A DNA stretch of 64,000 nucleotides from Phoronis australis (Eukaryota; Animalia; Phoronida): NCBI GenBank assembly GCA_002633005.1, contig NMRA01000256.1, positions 111,048 to 175,047 on the forward strand, in the 5' to 3' direction. The position numbers and the translations under genes are program-made. The number at the start of each line of letters is the position of its first letter. The first letter of the stretch is position 1. The notes beneath the pieces were generated by a model. The model ran no database searches. It was given only the letters and a program-made list of their open reading frames with translations, and was not told where the DNA came from. Shown here one piece after another: positions 12,796 through 24,767 of this stretch.

Positions 12796-13361
12796 CTTTA
12801 ATAAAAATTGGTAATAATGATGGCTGATAAAGCACAACAGGGGATTCATATTAAATAAAATAGCCTTCCGATGTTTGGTATGGCCTTTTATGATTTTTTT
12901 CAAAAGAAATGATCAGAAACACAGTTATTTAAAAACAAAATCAATAATTACACCGTAGAGAAAATGTTCACAATAGTCATAATGATGGGCACAGAAAACC
13001 CCACTTGACAGACAGAAAGCAAAAAGAGTGAAACAAATGTCATGAACACTTGAACGTGAAAAATGACAGCAAATGAACTTAACGTTTAAGGTTCATGTCT
13101 TTTGAATGCAGTGAAATTACAACATTTCAGGGCTTAATACGAAAGGCAAGAGGAATTAATATCTCATAAAAGGCAAGTAGCACCAACTAAGAGCATCATC
13201 ACGGTTAAGTTCTATACAACAGTTACCATCCGACAGTGTTTAAATAAACTATAGTCATCCACAATATTTAAAGAATCTGAGTGAAAAACGAAAAAGGTCA
13301 ATTATAGTCGTTATTTTTGTCTGAAGTTGGTGAAATTACTGTATCATTTGAGAACACAGAC

Positions 13362-13551
13362 CTTTCCCTCGGCACAGAGCAACAGGCAGAGGATGGTAAT
13401 TGTGAGCACCATATTTATCTTCTCGATCAAAGACTTCCTCAGACAATGACGTCATCTTGTCCGTTAGTCTGTTTGCAGCTGGAACGCCAGCATACCCCCT
13501 GCCCAGACTGGCCACCAGGTGTCGCTGTGTCTGTCGAAGTGCTGACAACAT
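13362..13551 (-). CDS. OAT: OAT coding exon 1 with mitochondrial presequence
   Basis: Arg-rich, acid-free leader MLSALRQTQRHLVASLGRGY, then EDKYGAHNYHPLPVALCRGK. An AG acceptor 2 nt before the ATG implies an upstream non-coding exon. The 8 exons sum to 1308 nt (435 aa plus stop). Confidence 0.92.
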
Positions 13552-15232
13552 TTCTGGAAGGAACAACTTGATGTTGTGTGGAATTTCTACGGTATTTGCC
13601 ACAACAATAGCAATTTGACAAATTTAACAACAAATACAGTAAAACTGATTAAGGTCATCTAGTACCAGAGAAAACGTGTCCAAATTTGGTCAACTTTGGT
13701 ACATCATAGGTCAGATTTTTAGGACACTTTCAGATACTATGCGTCATGCACAGTTCTCTACAACGTTGTTGGGATTTGTTTTTAAAATGTTCCATATTTG
13801 TATAAGGGCTATAAAAATAACAATTTGGCAAATTCTCATGAAAAAAGTCTTAAGTTCATAAAACGAAAAGAAAAGGATAAATTAGAAAACAGTAACAGTT
13901 TTTTTGACATTACATCTTGAGTAAATATTCAACAAATATTTAGTCATGTTTTTGATTCTATAGGCCTAGTTTTAGTATTGATGTACCTAGTACCCCTTTT
14001 GCTAGATTATGTTACACATGGTGATGTGACCCATTTAATGGCAGACTGACAAGTCAAAAATAAAATTCTACAGTCTACAGGCTCTTTACTTTCACATATA
14101 ACACATACCAATTTTTAACTTCAATCTATAGTTTTGTAGATACTTGGCTAAATACACACACACGTGATGATAATATCCTGCATAACTGGAGACAAAGACA
14201 GGAACAAGCAACACAGTCATGTATGAACGTTCACCATTTAGAGATTAGTGGAATCTGTGCTGTCCTGATATGGCTCACAACATTACCACAGGTATTTTGT
14301 TAGAATATAACTCCACTATTAATACAGGCTTTGGCATGAAATGAAGCCAGTGTCTTTGGTCAAACATAGAGTGACCCTAGCATAAACAGAGTTAGGATGA
14401 CTTGTTTCTAAGGCTTTTGTACCCTGGATCCGCCAATGCTTAATGACTGAAATTTTTCTCAAAAGGTGACCTTATTCTGGGACACCTCCACAAACTCAAA
14501 TTGGCAGAACTGGATCTCCATTACAACCACATCCCAGCAAGTTGCTTTTAAATGCTGATATCAATCTGGTCTATTATTTAAGCATAGCGGGCCTTTTCCA
14601 GTATAACTCAATAATCTACCATACTTCATATTAAAGTTATGGGGAACCTTGGCAACTACACTGTACATTCAGCCAAAACAAAGCTACAGAATTATCTTAA
14701 ATAGGTAAAATTTGATTTTTCTTCTTACATCAGTCTGCTATAGATAGGGTCGAATGACCACCTCTTTTTAGTATAATTTAGCAAAAAGAAATAAAGCAGA
14801 ATCAAAACAACGGTATTAATAACATGACCAAATTCCATTTTGATTTTAATGTCCACGATGTCTCACAAACACTGTAACAGTTACAGTTTTAAAAGTCCCT
14901 TCAATTTTATAGAAGTTGGCTGTCCATTAAAAACCATTTCCCTACCATACAGCATTTTAGAGAACGGTGAATAAAGCATCTGAAAAAGCGTATGATCTGA
15001 AGTTTCCCATGAGTCAGATCAGCCACTTCTGAGATATGATGTTCCAGCCGATTCAGACCAAGTTGGAATTTTTCAAGTTTAGACGATTGAGCCAATACAA
15101 TTGAGTCATTGCTCCACAAAAAAAGGAGCTTAGATCTATGCTCCTGATACCCTGGGTTGTTGGCAGCAGCGGTTCTTATGATTACGACTGACGACTTAAC
15201 TGACCAATAAGAACGCAGCATTCTTGACACAC

Positions 15233-15262
15233 CTTTATCTGCGCTTCCAAGCCGCCATTTTA
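15233..15262 (-). promoter_or_regulatory. Probable OAT non-coding exon 1 / TSS region with YY1-type motif and uORF
   Basis: Minus strand reads AAAATGGCGGC (YY1-like), then AG|GTGTGT donor at 15232-15231. The region is locally CpG-richer. Confidence 0.5.
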
Positions 15263-16690
15263 CCCCACAAACAATATGTTGTCATGTAAAACTTATTTTA
15301 GTCTATAGCTCAAGAAATTGCGTGAAAAGAATCATGATATGATGTTAATATGGCGTGTGTAATTCTGACAGCCGTTATGCACCTCGAGAAGAATATCCCG
15401 TCATTTTTTGGGCATCTCCTAAACCGAAAACTGATGTCGAAAGGTTTAAACTAGGTATCAAACTGTGCGAACGGCCACTGACGTATACAAGCAGCTGAAA
15501 TTGGCAATGTTGCTTGAGTACTCGAAGGTTAAACACAAACATATTTGTTCACGATACACACTTTTCAGTTACGTGGCTATAGTGTTGGCTTATCTGATTT
15601 TGACTCCGGAGTTTCACTCGTCTGGCCGCCTTTTTCTCAGTACCTGCTGGATCTCAGCACTATAGTCTAGTGAAATTCCATGGCTATTGTAAATAGCCAT
15701 TTTTGCCACTACACCAAACTGGTCAATGCTCATGCTACGTTTAAAAATAACTGCAAGCTACCTTTATGAAGTGAAACTACAAAAATGCAAAATTCGTCAG
15801 AAGGTAAGCCTAACTTAAATGTCTTAATGGTACATGTATTAATTTGACTTGGACACAGCCCGAGACCTACCGGAGCTAACTGATTGCCTTAAACAAGATG
15901 AGTGACTGTGTACTTGAACTATAAATCCGAAGATTAGAAAAGCGCAAACCGTGTTATCGACTCGACCTACTTTACTCGGGGAGTCTCATGGGCAGTTGTG
16001 ACCTACTTTTCATTTGACGGGTTTTGGCAGACACCAAAATAAAAATATCGGTGAATCCTCACTGATTTTGTTTGAAAGATCCTAAAACCTTCTGCATCGT
16101 ACAGATAATTTGACTTTAAAGTTCATACACAGCTTAACATGAACATATCGAATCAGTGGCCTTATCATTTGTCAGGTGAAGGTGAACCCCGTGTGGGGTT
16201 CTTCGGATTTTCGCTGGCTCCGAAATACTTTTCCTCGAACACTTATTTTTTCATCATCACCTTTGCAAATTCCCACATCATAAACATAGGATTCTTTGCT
16301 GAAAAGCATCGAGTGTCGTCTTTGTCGAAGCGTTTTCGGATAGTGCAAAAAACACTCGCCGATTCCACCAGGAATGTTTTAGTGACATTGTATTTGCCTT
16401 TGACATCTTGTTTGTTTGTCGGGTGTCACGTGAATTTTCGCGAGGAGGTGGAGCTTGCAATAGGTCAATTATCAAATGACAAAGTACAGTTTCATGGAGA
16501 AGTAGCTTTCTAATGTTCCGAATGGAGGTATCATGGAATGATCCGCCAACACTATTATCTTCTTCTTGGTTTACGTGACCACACGCTCTCCAGAGTATTG
16601 TCACTGTATAATAATGAGGATTGACAAAAACGAGAACAACTATAACAGGTTTATAAGGATATGTCACTTCAGAGGTCGGTTAACATAGCT

Positions 16691-19528
16691 AGGGAGGACG
16701 TTTTTCAAAAATTTTAGAAAATGTGCATGTAATATACATCATTAGAAAGCTCTTTTCGAGACTAAAATAACGATGCAAAAATTTTTTAAATCGGACTCAT
16801 GGTTCCGGAGAAAATGTCATTTTCGTGTCAAAATTTTTGGTAAAAATTCTGTCAAATCGAATCTGCGAGTTCAAAATATTATGGTTTCAAAAATAAGAAA
16901 CGTAGATTGACATGTAATACATCATTTTAAAGAACTTTTTATGATGAATAATTTGCCAAAAACCCATTTTGATTAGACGTTCCTGTGCGAAGATATTGAC
17001 CTTAAAGTCAGCACAGTCAACAAAGAGAAGTCACTACGTACAATTGTGCAATTTCGAATTTTCATAAAATAACAATTACTCCAGGAAAAAAACAAATAAG
17101 GTATCATTTTAAAGATTTTTTATCAGGAAAGTTGACACTTGATAATTGATTGAGCAAATTATTGATATTATTTGTGATATTGTTTTTAACAATCATGCAG
17201 TTTGTAACCGGCTTAACTTTGTCAAAATCAATTACATTAAATAAAAATTAAAGATAAACAAGCATCATTTCAAAAATGTATTGATGACAAGTATGATAAA
17301 TAGAACATTTTAATACAAGCTTCTGAAAGACATATAATAAATAAAACTTTTACATAAACTTTCCACAACAATGTAATAAAATGAAGACCCTGTCATGAGC
17401 CATCCATTAATGTTCATGCTATAAAACCAACAACTGCAATATTTATAATCCTAAAATTGTCTCAAGTGATATGAACACAAAAAAGAATCTGTGATGGACA
17501 GATAAATAAGTTCTCAAGGCATCCTCAAGGAAGGGGGTACCAAACCCTTTCAGTGACAATTGACAGTGGAGTACCTTCCAGTAAACAGACGCTCAGTGAA
17601 GTTCCTTACACAGACTTGTGGTATCCTCAAGAAAGGGGGCCAAACCCTTCCACTGACTACTGTACGTCAGCGAGGTACCTTAGAGACTTGTGGCATCCTC
17701 AAGGAAAGGGGGCCAAACACTTTCACTGACCAAGTCAGTGGAGTGCCTTACACAGACTTGTGGCGTCCTTAAGGAAGGGGGGGCCAAACCCTTTCTGACT
17801 ATCGTAAGTCATGCAACATTGAGTTATTCCAGCACTTCAAAGTCCCTTTGACCAAAGTCATCAATCAGCCAAAAGGAGTAGATAGCCTCATCTTCGTCGT
17901 AATGGATATTAAACTAAGACAGATATCCGAGGACCTGAAAGAATACTATAATTCATAAATGATAATTGTTGCTATGGCATGTAAGAATTTATATTTGAAC
18001 AGTGTTATGCGAAAATGTTACCCTACTTGGAAATTATGCACAACATTTTAACAAAGGTGACATAATACTATCAAACTACAACGTTGTGAAAAGAAAAAAG
18101 AAATAGCTAGATAGGTCATGTCAGTATTTGTCTGACAGTGTCTTAAGAGGTGGTGTTGGCATAGGAGCTGAAAAACACCGCCTGATAGGTGGAGGGGACA
18201 GCCAAAGTGAAGGAGGCTTTGACCGTGTGTCCACGAGACCCTGTCCAACTGAATAACTGGCAAAATGCAAGTAGAATCAGTAGAAGCAGGAAAATAGAAG
18301 GATATAGACCAAGAGCTAGAAGCAGAGTCTGGTGAGAAAGAAATGTGAGACATGATGATGATAGAAACTGATACAGGAGTGAAATTATAAGAACAAAAAC
18401 AATGAAGAAAATAACAACTGGTTTGGTCCACAGCAACTTTCAACAAAGCTTACCTGGAGGATATAGATCAGGGTGAGATTTATGAACAATCTAGGCAAAC
18501 CTCAATTGTTCTGTTAAAAATTATATATACTGGCCCGTGGTCAGAAAAAAGTTTATCAAAAGCATGTGTTTCATAGTTGTGGCCCACAAAGTCTTGGAAA
18601 CACAGGACTGCAGTAGAACTGTACATTTGTAATATTTGTTTAATCTAAACTTAAAATATTTTCATTTTCTATCTTGACATATTCTGAATAAAATGTCATG
18701 ACCAATAAGGCAAAATGGGTGTGGACCTCTCTGGCAACAAGCCAACCCAAGTCTATCAGTGGTTTGACCAACAAAAATGTGAAGCAAAATAGAAAAAAAA
18801 ACTTAAATATAAGAATCATTGTTCTCACTACGAGAAATAACTGTTTAGTTCTCTTTTACATTGAGTTTTCATCAGGAAAAGTTGAAGTGCTTCAGTATTG
18901 TAAACCAAACATTCAATACGATTCACAGGACCACCCCTAGCGGCAGTACCCGGAACTACGAAGTGAGTCAGAAATTCGCCTGATTGTCAGAAATTGACGA
19001 AGTGTTTATTTGGAACAAGTGTCTGAAATAGTTCATTAATGAACCCTTTAGTGCGGAATACAGTTCATTACATTCGCAAATTATGCTATATACCAATAAA
19101 TTCAGATCGAAGTTGAAGGTCGCGGGAACAGGCGACTTTTTCAACTTTTAAGTGCAGGGAAGTGAAAACTACTTACATAATCGTGTTCGCAAGGCTTCCT
19201 TTTGTTCTTTCACGAAGTTTCACGTAAAAATTCGCGAGTTTAGTCTTCTCCTGGGTTGAAAACCAAATAGCAGTCATTTTTACCAGCAGCCATTTTGGTC
19301 TGAAAAATCGGTCACGTCCCTGCAAAAAACTCGTGCAAAGTATTATTAAACGAATTTTGCGACAAAAAAAGATTATCAGATAAGTAAAACAATATATTAT
19401 TTCATACTTTGTGATAATTTTTATTCACATTTATTACATTTTTGAGTGATTTTTTGCCGATTGCATTGAGTGAATTTAACACGGTGACAGATACGCGAAG
19501 GGATTTGATGACGTATGTTGTCCTCGCT
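16691..19528. mobile_element. 2.8-kb non-autonomous DNA transposon, superfamily uncertain
   Basis: Direct repeat AACATAGCT at 16682-16690 and 19529-19537 flanks short imperfect TIRs AGGGAGGAC / GTCCTCGCT. Contains internal tandem repeats. Confidence 0.65.
17517..17800. repeat. Imperfect tandem repeat (core AGACTTGTGGCATCCTCAAGGAAGGGGGGCCAAACCCTT)
   Basis: Four copies of the core at roughly 70-105 bp spacing inside the 16691-19528 element. Confidence 0.75.
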
Positions 19529-19892
19529 AACATAGCTAGATCGTTAACAGATAAGGCAGTCAGTAAGCAGGTGCCTCAAATGGAGGCACCCCACTATGTT
19601 AGTTCAGAAAGGCAGATAGTTTTCTGACAAAGATATCACGAAAAGGGACTGATGTAATGCAGCCCGGCAAGCTATTCCAGTCTGCGACTATTCTATGAAA
19701 GAAAGAATGTCTTTTTCCTGTAGTCTGTCCTAATATTTAACGGAATACCATAATTGGTTGACCTTCCTTCTGGTACATATGACACACTTGACAAACCACA
19801 CACCGTTCCCTAATTTTACAGGGTAAAAGTCCTTTTGAAGAGGGTCCCCATCTATTCAAGACTGACAATTGCAAAAACTCTATCAGTCTTAT

Positions 19893-22075
19893 CAGGGCTC
19901 GACACTATTAAAATCGGCAGCTCGCATTTTGCGACCTAGCCAAAATCCCAGGTCGCATTTTCAAAATCCAACTCGCATTCGTAAATGCCAGGTCGCAAAA
20001 TTTTCCCGCCATTTTTACGCACCAAAATAGATTTTTTAGATCATCTAGAAAATGTTTAGATTATGCTCTTATCTGTAGCGTTAAATACTCACAAATTTCG
20101 GATCTCAAAATTGACGTCATTCATGCAGGTACGGCGTTACTGTTCTTCACGACCGCCATTGAAAGACTCTAGAGCGCAAGGCAAGTTGCCGGCGTGAAAG
20201 TTGAATCAGTGCTCTCTAACTGACTTGTGCATTCGAGTAGCTAAATTTGCGATGTGAAAAGGGAGAAAATGCCCGTTGAAAAAGTATCCGGGATTTTGTT
20301 AGATCTGGTCTGCTACTGGCCGTCATCAAAGTCGTTAACGATTCGACTACTAACTCGGGTAATCGCTAGTTTGGTCTTCAATACTCTCCAAATGCGGGAA
20401 AAATAGGTCAGTCGCAAAACGACACGCATGTAACTAGTGTTAAATTTCTTTCCGAGGTATAAAACAAAGCCGGGATTTGGTTTTTACATACTGTGAAAAG
20501 ACGTTTTTGAAAACTGAAGTTGTGTAAAATGAAAGGGACACACACCATATAAGCTGCGTGTTAATTTAAAACCACACGCGGTCGTTTGTAGTGCGCAATG
20601 ATGGGCGCTAGCTTGAGCTGTGGGCGCTTAATTGGAAATTCTCAAAATTTAAGGGGGGACTTTTAATAGATCAGCGAGCGCTTATTATGAAACACTTTAA
20701 AGTTAGGGAGTAGGCTTGTGCGTGAGCATAGTCGTTCACCTCAGTGTTTGCGGTAATAAGATATTAAAACGCTGCAATGGTAAGAAACGTTATAATAATA
20801 CGATTTTCCGAGGCAAACTCCATCTGGTAGGGGCGACTTTCTGGATATCGTTACCACCTACATTGTAACCTTTTTAGCCACCCGGAATGATTTTTTTTAA
20901 CTGCCCGCTTCAGCCGGAACAAGGTTGTTTCTATAGGAGTCTGAACATTTTACGGCGACGGTGGTTCCGGAGCGAAAAGTTGCCGGGGGGGGGGTGTATA
21001 AAGAGAAGAATGAAAAGATCGCTAACTTCAACCACAATTTCGCATTTAGTGCCAGTTTAGTTGCAATAGCTGGCTACGGGCATAGAATACAGGGTTTACA
21101 GAACATCGACCTCGGGAAACATCGGAACAGGATAACGTTAATTCTGGGTTATATCGGTCCCGGTACATCGGGTCTTTTATAACCGCTGGGAATCTGAGTT
21201 CATTTTCAAATAAACCAGAGCCAAGCCGGTATACTCTTTCATTTAGGAGTGTCGCTGTTCTTTGAAGTGGTGCGCACGCGTGAGTTCACGCACTTGAATC
21301 ACTGGAGTAGGCCTACACTTTACATTGGCAACAACGCGTGAAAGACAAATCATATTTCGCGAACGTAGCCCCAGAAACAAGTAAAGTGTTTGAGAATTTC
21401 TTGGCAACTGAAAGCAAAGACGTGACCGTCGTTTGGCGATTAATAAGGTTGTAATTTTCACTTTGGTGACTTAATACGATAAAAAGGAGAAGCACATTTC
21501 CGTCTAAGTCACGATTGTCTGCCGGGACCGCTTGCACGCTAACGGTGCCGCAGTGCGATATCAGGGATATTGTCGTGGATATTTGGTACATGTAATAAGG
21601 ACATCTTATGTGAAAAATAAACATTTTTGTCCACCACAATGTTTGGTAAGTTGATCGCTTAAGAATTAATAGAAACACCATTGTTTTGTGAAGTTTTATC
21701 ACGTGTTAAGCAGTGGCCCGAAACTTTCTTCCCCGAATCCGGGAATTTACAAAAGTGGCCGAAAGTGTTAGCCAATGAAACGCGTCAAAGATCGATTCTG
21801 CATATCCCATGTTCACGCGACTAAGTCATCGGGAGGGCTGTTCTCGGTTAGTGTTCTTTTGAACTTGTATTTGACAACAACCAAATAACGGTCGGATTAA
21901 CAAGAGCTGATTCGTATTTGCCTGGTATCTGTTGAGAAGTGTAAAAACTCAGCTCGCATTCGTTGGAAATTCCAGGTCGCATTTTGCGACTTTATACGAG
22001 CTGACAAAAATCTCAGCTCGCATTTCCAAATTTCAGGTCGCAAATGCGACCTGCAGCTCGTTATGTCGAGCCCTG
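19893..22075. mobile_element. Non-autonomous hAT-like element with 5-bp TSD
   Basis: Perfect 12-bp TIR CAGGGCTCGACA / TGTCGAGCCCTG. CTTAT on both flanks. Clustered subterminal (G/C)TCGCA repeats at both ends. Confidence 0.85.
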
Positions 22076-23090
22076 CTTATAACACTATCTTGAACAGCAG
22101 AATAACAATGATGATGCAATACAACTAAAACATTTTTAGCAAATATTTGGTTGACACAAAGCATCCTCCTTTTATAGCATTGAGCTATTATAGAGATTTG
22201 AGTGAGGATGCTGTTTGTAAAATTTCTTGTCACTCAGTAGACAGCCGGCAGGTCACCACAGTCACAGGTGCAACCTTGCTCGCGAGACTGTCTGTGGCCA
22301 GCGCTGTACCCAGTGACCCAGTCGGCATTGTTTTTCTCAGTTAGACAGTGACACAGTTTAAGTGCTACCAGCTGCAAGGAGTGACAAAACTACACTTTAA
22401 ATTTGTAGCCTCGTTGGAGGAGAACCGGTGGCAATAACATTTTGTCATTATGTTAAATCCAGTCATCATAAATGGACGTTTTTTGTTCACAAATTTCTAG
22501 CTACTCACTTGCTCTGCTCCTCATCAACGAAGCAGCGCTACCTGTTGCCAACAAGTTCTCGGTGCTCGTTAAAAACTGGAACAAAACCAAAAGCAAATGT
22601 CAAAAAATAACTTCTGTAATACATTCAGAAAACTTTCTCATATAATTCAAACCATTTGTCTTGTACAAAATAAAATATTTAAAAATTTTATTCGGAAACT
22701 TTATTTTCAATTAGTTTTATTTTGCAATCTAGTTTTCTAGTACTTATTATTTTACTATGCACTATGTTTATCCAGGAAATACATAGTACGAGATTTGTGG
22801 AGGAGTGCACTATGTAGATCAATTTATTAACTTTAATCTACGAGTTCAAGAAACGTTTGACGACGCAAGATCTCTTTTGCTTCAGATAATGTGAACAGGA
22901 TCCAAGGTACACCACTAACTTGGGTTGTTGTATTCAGTTCAGTTGATAATTTATGTTCAGTATAGCGCGTGTAAAACACAGTCACCCAATCTGTGTTAAG
23001 CAAAATCACTGTCTCTGACTTGCGTGTAGTGGGCTACCGGTGGCAGGCCTAGTATGTGTCACTCTGTCGCTGTTCTTGACTTAAATCGTT

Positions 23091-24115
23091 ACTTGGCGAA
23101 ATTGTTGCTCTGCCACTGTTTGTTTCTTTTTTTTGTTTGTTCGCACTCTACATGACAGGTCATTTTTGTCTGATGCGCATGAAATTCACACACAACCTTT
23201 CTGGAACAGCTGGAACCCTATTGTTTTTCGTCATGATTGGATTCAAGATGGCAGATGTGGCAGCCATTCCGTTTCATAATTCAGGTTCAAATGCTCATAG
23301 AGGGTGCAATTCTCAACATACACGGCTGAAAATCAGCATGATTATTGTACCAGACATGTTCTACAGATGTCCCTGAAATTATTTGCTTCTGAATAAAGAT
23401 GGTAGGAATACCAGTTATTGCACATGCGCACCTCGATTTCGGAATAAAAATGTTTTGTCCTGTAGAGGGCACATTGTAAGACCAATTGCTTTGAAATTTT
23501 TCATGTGTTAGTTTCCTTGATTAGCTATCATCAAGTGCTGCTTAACCGCAAATTGCTTTAAAAAATTCAGTGAAAAAGGCAGTATCTGGCACATTTTCAC
23601 CTAGTTTCAATTGTGCTGGGGTGCCATTTTGAACGGGAAGAGCAAATGATGTGAATTTTTGCATGTGGATTCTTTAAGGTATACTTTTTCAAATGAATTG
23701 TAATTTTTTTCTCAAACTTACTGCTTTTGCGTTATTTGAGTTTTAATTTCAAAAAATACAGGATTTGAGATTTTTCGAAAATTTTTATGCAATTTTGTGA
23801 AACTAAAACGTAAGTGAATTTTTAACAGGTTCTCAGAAAATGTTTTCCATTTTTTGCTGCAATGTATACTTTTCGAATTATTTGAGATTTCTTGGTAATA
23901 ATGCTGTTTCTTTGTTGATTGATTTTGCTGCATTATGGTTGCTGCCTGCTATTGAACAACACTAACGTTTATTTCTTACTCATTTCTGACATCTTCATTC
24001 GTCGTATGATTGTTATCATCATGTTCATCATCATCACTTTCATCGTCATCATCATCTCCTTTGTCGTCTGTTCTGTCAATTTCGTCAAGTGTCGTTCTTC
24101 TGAGCGCTTTCATCT
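23091..24115 (+). mobile_element. Older copy of Helentron-associated element (HINE)
   Basis: Collinear similarity to 44152-45470. Sub-TIRs ACTTGGCGAAATT (23091) and AATTTCGTCAAGT (24078-24090), with a decayed 3' hairpin. Confidence 0.7.
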
Positions 24116-24563
24116 TAAGTTTAGACTTCTTGTCACTGACACTGTTGGCTGTGCCTTTACTTGCGTCTCTGTGTCATCAGTTACTGAATATGAGTTGATC
24201 ATGAGTTGTACTGAGGTAACAACTGTCTGGTTTGTCGGTCCCTGATTTTTAAAAACTGTCAGGTATCCACTGAACAGCTGAATAACAGGCAATAGCTAGA
24301 TACATGAGTCCCTGATTTGAGAACTGAGTTACTCCCACTGAATGATGCCCGTTCTTCAGTGGTAGCAACTGGTTCTTAGATTAATTTTTCAGTGATGCAA
24401 TGATATACTTCTATTTTGATTTATATAAGTGTGACATTTTTTAAAAATTTGAGAGAGCAAAGTGTGATTGTGGGGCATTATTTTAAAAGATGAGTGTTGA
24501 AAGATTGTGTTTCTGAGTTACCCATCTTGAGAGTTGATTGTAAATGGAATTCACCATCAGAGA

Positions 24564-24767
24564 GTAAGTGTAGTTATGACAGTAAGTGAAGTTATGACAG
24601 TAAGTGTAGTTATGACAGTAAGTGTAGTTATGACAGTAAGTGTAGTTGTGACAGTAAGTGTAGTTGTGACAGTAAGTGTAGTTGTGACAGTAAGTGTAGT
24701 TGTGACAGTAAGTGTAGTTGTGACAGTAAGTGTAGTTGTGACAGTAAGTGTAGTTATGACAGTAAGT
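24564..24767. repeat. 18-bp minisatellite GTAAGTGTAGTTRTGACA, ~11.3 copies
   Basis: Near-perfect tandem array. It explains the repetitive ORFs in the track. Confidence 0.95.

Noticed and set aside
77-13551. PERK-OAT as an operon-like functional system
   Set aside because: Convergent eukaryotic neighbours. Adjacency alone does not show co-function, so only the possible 3' overlap and the uORF were kept as testable points.
16139-16667. Overlapping 124-aa and 129-aa ORFs
   Set aside because: No domain motifs or consistent splice structure; likely chance ORFs.
19170-19295. Coding exon inside the 2.8-kb element (AAAATGGCTGC...GTAAGT on -)
   Set aside because: In-frame stop after 17 codons and no recognisable domain.
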